Shown in pieces: positions 55,027 through 64,000 of a stretch of DNA of 64,000 nucleotides. This DNA comes from Chrysomallon squamiferum (Eukaryota > Animalia > Mollusca): positions 32,550,001 through 32,614,000 of the forward strand of contig CM022670.1 in assembly GCA_012295275.1 (NCBI GenBank). The letters are read 5' to 3'. The translations under genes were made by a program, and so were the position numbers. Position 1 is the stretch's first letter. Every line of letters starts with the position of its first letter. The notes beneath the pieces were generated by a model. The model saw only the letters and a list, made by a program, of their open reading frames with translations. It was not told the origin of the DNA and made no database searches.

Positions 55027-58000
55027 CATTGTCTTGTATGTTATATTGTTATGTTTTTAATATTGTATTTTTTACCTTCTTTCTAAAAGTATTGTTATTA
55101 TTTTTAAAAATGTTACAGTATTATCATATACATACATGCTAATTTAAAAAAAAAAAAAAAAAAAAGAACGTCCTACATTTTATATTTTTTTAATAATTTT
55201 AAAAGCTATGTCCTAACTGGATTTTAAAGGGTGTAGCCATCATTTTAGAAAGGTGGTGGGGGACTATCATTAGATTGCTTATAACTCTCAATAATTTCAT
55301 TACATAAATTAAAAAAATAATAATAATAAATAATAATCATCCAATGGTTGCACACAATGCTGTTTTAATAAGTTTTATAATCTTTACAAAAACAGAACTT
55401 TGCTGCAATCATCTGAAAAAACAACAGTTTGTTACGTTTCAGTTTTCTGACATGACATTTCATTCTGATAACTTAAATGTTGTTTTTGTGTAGACGAGAT
55501 GCTGGTAATTGCATCTTTTAAGATTACTAGTAATTATGTTGACCAAATGGAAAATGTTGATTGTGCGATGAATATTCTAAGTATGCAATTAGCAAAGATT
55601 CAGAAGTTATGTATTACTAATAGCAATGGAGTTATGAGAGCCATTTTGAAAGCCTGCAATAACATATTTCTATGCATGTGTTATGTAAGAAACGAAATAT
55701 ACTTAGAAAAGAAGAACAGATATAAATGAAGGTTATTTCTCTTTTATTTTCAGTTTTGTTTTGAATTTAAGTTAAAATATCTTACAGAATAATTTTTATC
55801 TTCTAATAATTTTTACTGTTACAAAAATCTTCTTTTCTCTCTCTCTCTCAAGTATCTGTCAGTTGATGTTTTTCAATTCCATATCACTTTATTTATTTTA
55901 AATTTTAATTTATATGGTTTTTACCCAAAGTACAAGTCATGATAAACAAATTAACAAAAAGTAAAAGAAATAAACAAACAAATAAACCAATAAATAAATA
56001 GATACCCTCTGTCCAAAAAAAGCTCAAACCTAGAGATATTTTCCAGTTTACAAAAGATTTTTTGACAGGGACAGCTGGTTAGCAGAAATAATTGTTCATT
56101 ATTCTCCAACCTATTAAATTAAGTGGAATTTTGTGTTAATGTTTCTGCCATCTAACTTCAGTTTATATTGCCACGGTTACCAGCAAGTTTGGTAAAGATG
56201 TTGTTCCAATTACTGAAATATTTTCGCTTGGTTAAAACAGTGAAATTCATTATTTTTGTCTTATTTACACCTGGGAAATGTGTGAGAAAGTTAAATTTAA
56301 GATTATTCTAAATTTACTTCCAAAGAATGATTAGAATTATTTTTTATAATTATCAGTGATTTGATAAGAAAAACAAAGAATGCTTGACAAAATTATATTT
56401 TCCTTGTTAAAATTTATCTCAGTTTACTGGGATATTTTAAATTTAAAATTTAGAAATGGTTAGATATCTAAAACTTTTATATAATTAACAAGAATATAAA
56501 TAGAAAATATTTAATCCATTTATACAATCAAAATCACTTCAAACAGTAGCAGAATTGCAAATCCAATAACAACACTGAAATAAATAAATAAGTAAATAAA
56601 TAAATTATAAATAAATAAATAAATAATAAAAAATAAATAATTAGCATATATCTGTGTTATATATCAAATCACTACTTAAAGCTTATGTTATCCAAGTTTG
56701 TGAAGTATGTTTGTCAGATGACACTTTTACTCATTATTGATCAAGCTACTGTTAACGACCCTAGTCAAGCCAACAATCAGACTAAAGTAACAGCAAAGTA
56801 TTGGCAAGTGTTTCAGACTCCATAAATAGTATTATTATCACCTTTTGAAATCTTCCACACCTGATGCAGGTATATCTAACATGGCTTCAAAACGTTTATC
56901 AATAATCTTTAATTTAGTTCAGTTGACAGGTCCTGTATTTTTACTAAATATAATGGATATTGCAAAGCAGAAGTTCCGTCTTATTCTTCACACCATCAAA
57001 AGGGACTGAATTGCTTAATTTTCTTTCATTTTGTTAAATACAAAGGTTGGGTTCAGTTTATTAGATTTGACTGATAGTGAATAAACCTGAATATGTCTGA
57101 ATTTTTTTCAATTTCCTTAAAATAACAAGAAATGCTGAAGTCAGAATTTTTCTCACTTCATTGTATGTAATAGATAATGTATAAATTTACATACTTGGTC
57201 ATCTTCAATCATATAAATGTAACTGAGAATGCCTAAGCTGCAGAGCCTTAGTTCATAAAATAATAATAAAAGTAGTAATAATACCAATAGTAGTAGGAAT
57301 AATAGTAATATTTAACTTCATTAACTACAAGAGATGTTACAGACTGAGGTTGTTAGTTAACTTCAGTTCATTAAATACAGATTTAATTCTAAGATCTTGC
57401 CAGGCATGCAAGATATGTTTATAGATTTGTCGCTTTCACATACTGTATTTGGAAAATGTGAATGCAAGACCACGCTTAGATTTGAATTTTGTTTAAATAC
57501 TGTGTTAAGTAGTAACAAATTGTTTACATTAGAGTTGCATTTTATTGCATTTAGTTTTAACTACTTTAAATTTAAAGTATGTGTATAAAATTTATATCTT
57601 CTATTCTTTTTTTTTAAAATTATATTATAAAATTATTGAAATATTTCATTTATTTATTTATTTTAAATAAGCTTTAAACATTTGTTTTGATATACCTAGC
57701 TCTTGTGGTGTGGTGTTTTCTTCCTACATGGAAACGTTTAGTTAACTTATATTTTGAAAGCAATGGTAATCTGCATTCCTGCATTAATGTGAAATTAATC
57801 ACGATACATCTGTTAAATGTCAGTATTCTTAACCAACATTTCAGAAAAAAACATTATTAAGCTAACTGCCATTAAAAAGTGAATGTTGACTAAGCTATTA
57901 ATCATTATATATTTTTTATTATTGTGAAAAATATCACCCTAAACTCTATATACATGAGATACCAGTAAATAAACAAAATATGAAAAGCAGATACAGAGTT

Positions 58001-58051
58001 GATTCTGCATTTGATATGGGTATGTGAGTACATAAAACCCTCACATGCATG

Positions 58052-58095
<44 letters not shown>

Positions 58096-59272
58096 AACAT
58101 CCACACACATATAAATACATAAATAGGTAAACAAATTTATCTACAAACGGTGCATACATTGATCTATTTCATTATGCAAATATAAGCTACATCTGAAGCA
58201 ACACATTCTAAGGAATTCATTTAAGCAGCCACAGAACTTACAAACCCACACACATATACGAACATAAATTTATTCATGCATAAATAGTAATTTACTCAAG
58301 TACACACACACATATACACAAACAAACACACATGTTATGTATTCAGACCATTGTGCTTAAATACTGAAAAAGACTTATATTTACATTATAACAAAAACAC
58401 ACAATAACGTTTGAAGAAAACAAAGAAAAATTTAATGTACAGGTCAAGCAATCAACCACCTTTTATTTGTTTCAATAGAATATTGATTCATAACAGGGTT
58501 TTTTATTCTTCTCTCTGTTCAACTTGGCCCACCTGAATCATTTCTGTTTGCTGCAATTGATCAGAAAATCAATGGTCAATATTAGTTTTCACTTTGTGTT
58601 ACATGCTGCTTTACTAGAATTGCTTTGTACTGGACACAGTAAGTTGATGTATATATCTATATACAGTTCCATTTTTCAAAAATTAAACCAATTATGTGTA
58701 TGTATGTGTGTGTGTGTGGGTATAAATATACAAGCACACCCCAAATATTTCAGAAATGCACACATACATACACATATATGCATAATGCTTTTTCATTATT
58801 ATGCATTATTTATTATTAAATTTATTACTAAAACCATACAGATTACACAAAAGTTACTAATAATTTTTAAATGTATTAGAAACATTTTACAAACAATATT
58901 ATTAATCCATAATATTGTTAACTTTCAGTACCATTTTATCATAAAGGTTAAGCTATATATATACAATGTAGCACATATTAATCATTTTACTAAATGTGTT
59001 TTTAATTGTGACAGAAATACACTGTATTAATATGTATAGGTGATTAGCAATCTCACTATCTCCACATGTTAGGTCACATTTTAATTGTCTTTTTACATAA
59101 ATAACATAATCTGTGACATCTATACTATAGACACTGTTATAACACTATAATTAAGGGGAGATATAGAGAGCACTGATGCAGGAGAAATTAGGATCATAAA
59201 GAGGTAATTTTAAATGGCTTATCTGATTACCATAGATATTATAGTTTATAAATGTTATATTTGTATGTTTGA

Positions 59273-59287
59273 ACACACGCACACACA

Positions 59288-59347
<60 letters not shown>
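59273..59347. repeat. (CA)n microsatellite
   Basis: Direct inspection. Confidence 0.95.
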
Positions 59348-59350
<3 letters not shown>

Positions 59351-62300
59351 CATGCATACATATGTTCATACACATTGTCTCATACATCCATACATAGAAA
59401 TATCCATGAATAACATAAACTCATTCCCATATATGCAACACACACAGACACATTTACATACAGACAGATATATATAATGACGCATACATTCAAACATAAA
59501 CACATGAAATAAAAAGAAAAAAGAAAATAAAGTGGAAAATATATTTATTTTGCACTTTTTTGTCTTCATATTTTTTTGGTAAAAAAATTAAAATGTTTCT
59601 TTATGCAGTTGTAACTTTATCTGCATTTAGAATCATTCAAAACATTTAGAAGGTTTTATGTTTCAAATTGTTTTTTTCAGCCATTTGAAATGAAAACAAA
59701 TCTTTAACAAATAGTTTAAAAACTTGTTGGATATCTTGTTGTAATAAAAATAAATTTTAAATGTTAATGATTTTCTATTGATTTTCCATTTATTGAGGTT
59801 TAGATGTGAAAAACAAAACCTTTTTTTTTAATTGTTTTGTTTTTTTCTAAATTTTATTATATTGTATTATGTTGTGTGTGTGTCTGTGTGTTTTATATTT
59901 GGTTTTTGGTATTCTTAACCATGCAAAATTGATTTTAAACATTTTTTTCAAATTAATATTTGACTTTCAGTCAAAGATCAGATGAATTTCATTGTTTAAA
60001 TCAAATAATTAAATACTACTATGCTAGTCAGTCATTTCAAACAGAATTTTATTTCAACTGTTTTTTGTCACTAATTATGATTTAATATTCATTAACATTT
60101 CCAAAGAAAACGACAGTTGACAGAAATTATCAAAACATAAACCCCATTATAAATTTATCAAAAGATGTATTAAAATTGATAATTTTTAAAAATCCATAAA
60201 AGTTATATCTATAAAAGTGAATATCTAACATCAAAGTGACACAATCGAGAAAACTAGACTTCATTAACAACAGGTTACCAAATTTCAATAAAACATTAAA
60301 CTGAAAGAACTGTCTATAGACCTCATTATAAATGTTATCAAAATTTCAATAAATTATTAAATTGACAAGATTTTTACAAAGTTATAAATTTGTGCATCTT
60401 TGTTAACACTAATCTGTGTTTTAAACAACCCCATTAAATAAGTAGAAAATAATCATAACACAGAAGAGTTATTAATCTATAAATTTAGTAATGTGACAAC
60501 TGTGCATTTGTAATAAATCTCTTATTCCACTGCAGGTAATAATTATTCATTGTATGTCACAGTCATGTATATGATATCTGCATATTGTACAGATAACTGG
60601 AACTGATGAATATGGCTTTGTTCACTAAGCTAAATTATCTGAGAGATACTAGATTAGATTTGTCTTTGTTGAGAAACAGAACTGAATGTGTGTGTATTGG
60701 AAAATGTGTTGGAATGTGTCAACTTGTTAAAAATGATGCATGAGGAGTTTGGAGGTTTGTTATTTGTTGTTTATATATTTATTTATTTATTTATTATTAT
60801 TACTCCTGTATTTACAGTTTGATATTTTCATAAAGTATTGCTAGTTTGATTAAATCTGCTGTGAATGTTTTTCAAGAATGCATAAATGAAATGCAAAACA
60901 GCCAACAACCTTTTATATAAAACAAAAACCACTGTTAAATAACAACAGCATCATGACTGTTTAAGTAATATTATTATGAGTAAATGGTAAAATCATACAT
61001 GGTAAAATTCTTTTTGAACATAACTATTAAAAAATTGTATTTACATATTTATTTATTTATTTACAGATAAAGATTATCAATATGGCATCCTATTGCTGTT
61101 CAGTTGTATTCACAATGTGGATTTACAATTGTTCAAACTGGCAACATTTTTTAATCATTTATATCTGTACTCTGATCTCAGTTCTGAGATTTTAAAACCA
61201 TTGATTGGGAATGTTTAAAACTTCTGGCTAATACATTTGGTGTTAACTGTCATTACATCTGACTCTAAAATGAAATGATGATAGGTTTATTGCTGAATTA
61301 AATGTTTTCAGTATATATATCTGGTGACTTGTAAAAGATATTTTGTAAAAAAAAAAAGCTTAGTAAGACTGAGCCATTGATGACTCAAAACAACAATTTA
61401 TATTATAATTAGCACTGAAAATGTTGTATAATAACATTAGGATAAGTGATTAAACTCATTTTAAAACATTTAGTTACTTATTTTTAAATTAGGTAGAACC
61501 TTTGTATTTTAATATTCTATTTAGTAAATGTATTAATAATTTTTGTTGTTTTAAATATTATTGTGTGTTTTTTTTTAAATAAAAGCTTTTAATACATTTA
61601 TAAAAAAAGAATGTTGAAATATAAATGTTCATTTATTAAAATATCTCAGACAGTGATATGTCTAATATACATCAGTACCTTTTTTTTTATTTACTTTTAA
61701 AAAAAATGGAAAACCAACATTTTATCAATTTATTTTGATTTTCAAAATTCTTACGTTCTCATTACTAAACTATTTTCACTTTTGTCTTATAAATCTTTTC
61801 TTTTTTTAGATATATTTTCAATCTTTCAACTATAAATCCACATTTAATTTTATTTCTACTGAACAACCTTTCATTCGAGTCTGATAAAATCCATGATTTG
61901 TGTTTGTGAATTTGCAAATTATGTAAATTGAAGACATTGAAAACAGAGACCTCAGCCCTGTTATTATGAGTAGGAGGACGGCAGGTCTCAAGTAACCTGT
62001 CTAAATTAGTGGTGTCATGGAGTTATTTCCCTTTTTCTGCTAGGGTTTCCTGTTTGCTGGAGAAATGACTGAAAGATTTTTAGCTGAAAATTGATCTGAT
62101 GTGCTGCAGCTGGCTTCATGTTTAAAAACAAGCAACAATAATTAGCTAATATAATGATGCACTTGACATGAAAGTGTAAATTAAGTGATCAAATGCAATT
62201 AAACTGACAATCTTGACTTGGATACTGACCTTGTGTGTTCACTGAAAACACTTTCTACATGCAGACTGAATGTTCTCCAGTATTCTGTACTATGTTAACA

Positions 62301-63299
62301 TATTGCAGATTTTCTTTACTTTTTTGTAAACAGTTCTTTAAGGCCTCTGGCTGTCTTTCCAAAATGGAAAAGTTGGAGAAAACAAAATAATTTTTCTGTT
62401 AATCTGCTAGGCCCTAATGTGTATAATGTCTAACAAGAAGCAGTAAAAATTAAAACAGAAATTAAAGTAAATGTGATTTATAATATATTTGCCTTGTTGT
62501 GACATTATGCAGGTAGATAAAATATTTTTTTGTCTGGTTAGTAGTAGTGAATTTTTTATTATTAATATTGTTTCTCTCTTAATAAAAACATGTAAAATAA
62601 TTCTTCTAAATACTGACTGAAGATGTAATAATAATAATAATAATAATAATAATTTCTTTGAAAATGTGAACTGTTTGTGGATAATGAAATTAAAAAGCTT
62701 CAAAACAATAAAACAAGGGTGTACTGAATATTGTTTACAAAAATGTAAAGAGAAATTGAAATATAAAAAATCCTACATTTCAACTGCAAAATGATTTGAA
62801 TTTTTTTTAATAGTGACCTTGTTTGTTTTTTTTAAAAGAATTTTACAATATTTATGAAGATGTATTGTAATTACTTCAAAACAGATATAAAAAAAACATT
62901 AAAAAAAAAACAAATTTTAAAAATAGAACCCCCCCAAAAAAAACACCAACATTACTTTTAATTTATATGCAGACACTGATTCCAAAGAAAATTCTGAATA
63001 TTCAAATGAAATAATGCTTCAAAACTTGCTTTATTTTATCAAGCAGAACATAAATATCAAAGTTAAAAAAAAAAAAAAAAAATAAAGTGGCATATACTAA
63101 TAGTAAATTAATTTTAATTTTTTAATTTTTGTTTTATTCTTAATTTACTTTTTATAGATATGACACTAAATATTAATATTATAGAGAAAGAGGAAATTAT
63201 TACTTCACAAGATCTGGCTTGAGTCCATAAAACTTCAAACTGTTACTTAGTTCAGTAGAAAAAAAACCTTGTGGCATATATAATTAGAGAACACAATTT

Positions 63300-63330
<31 letters not shown>

Positions 63331-64000
63331 AGAATAGAAAGCCAAAGTAGAAGGCGTTCTTAATAATAAATTAGTGTGTTAATCTTATTACCCTCTGTGA
63401 TATAGAGTTCTGCATTTTTGAGTATCTTGTAAACAAAAACAAGAAAGTTAAATGGCAGAAATGCCAGAAGAAAATTTAATCATGTTGATTTTCGTTCTCT
63501 GTTTTCAAGGCATACCAAGGTGAATATACAAAATGATAATTTAATTGGTTACAAATGGCTCACCTCTCTTTCACTTTCACTTACTGTTAGTCAAAAGTGA
63601 CAGGAAGCTACAAGTTTTCAGGGTTCGTTTCAAACAACATAAACAAATTTAATATAGCTCTATGAATGCGATGTGTAACAGAACCATAAAACACTTAACT
63701 ATCAGGATTGTTATAAGATCTGGCTGTTTAGTGTAATGATGATTCAGGAGAAAAGATTTCTGCAATATCATGAATCGCTTTATTGATTAGCAGAAAGTAT
63801 CTTTCTTATGAACCTTCCCATGGAACAGGAAAGCAGATTCCAAAACCTTTGATAAGCCAGTTACAGAGATCTAGCTTAAGCAGGCATTAGCTCAAAGCAC
63901 TGTGAAGAATTGATCCTGTGACTAATCATATTTTAGTCTAGCACTTCATGACCTAACTATAACTTATTCCCACCTATCATAATTTATCAGTTAAATTCAA

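Larger units (their letters stand above)
33755..64000 (+). other. PDE4 intron downstream of the UCR1 exon (>30 kb, runs out of the window)
   Basis: GTGAGT donor. By eye I could not find the expected next exon (HGxDLIVTPFAQ) in the rest of the window. Confidence 0.65.

Noticed and set aside
58524-59030. Longest ORF in the track (168 aa)
   Set aside because: TTG start, low-complexity AT-rich and microsatellite content, no recognisable domain or exon boundaries.

Overview
Eukaryotic (animal) genomic DNA: very AT-rich, strongly CpG-depleted, full of microsatellites and almost entirely non-coding. The only coding sequence I recognise with confidence is a 183-bp + strand exon (33572-33754) encoding the first half of the UCR1 regulatory region of a cAMP-specific phosphodiesterase 4 (PDE4/dunce), FDVENG...[18 protein letters not shown]. 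The supplied ORF track reads it in the wrong frame. A well-supported isoform-specific first coding exon (22010-22245) splices onto it in frame. The window therefore looks like the large, multi-promoter 5' region of a PDE4 gene, with the remaining exons downstream of the window. Several small CpG-retaining islands carry different motif sets (full CREs, RFX X-boxes, an ACGTG/E-box cluster with a TATA box), some next to short ORFs ending in splice donors; these are candidate alternative promoters or first exons. The introns also hold about 8 decayed copies of a tRNA-derived SINE resembling a family I recall from gastropod molluscs (mollusc origin is inference), a young ~33-bp minisatellite, many older tandem arrays and a perfect 40-bp inverted repeat. 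Nearly all ORF-track entries are microsatellite or low-complexity artefacts. I see no prokaryotic-type system such as CRISPR or an operon.
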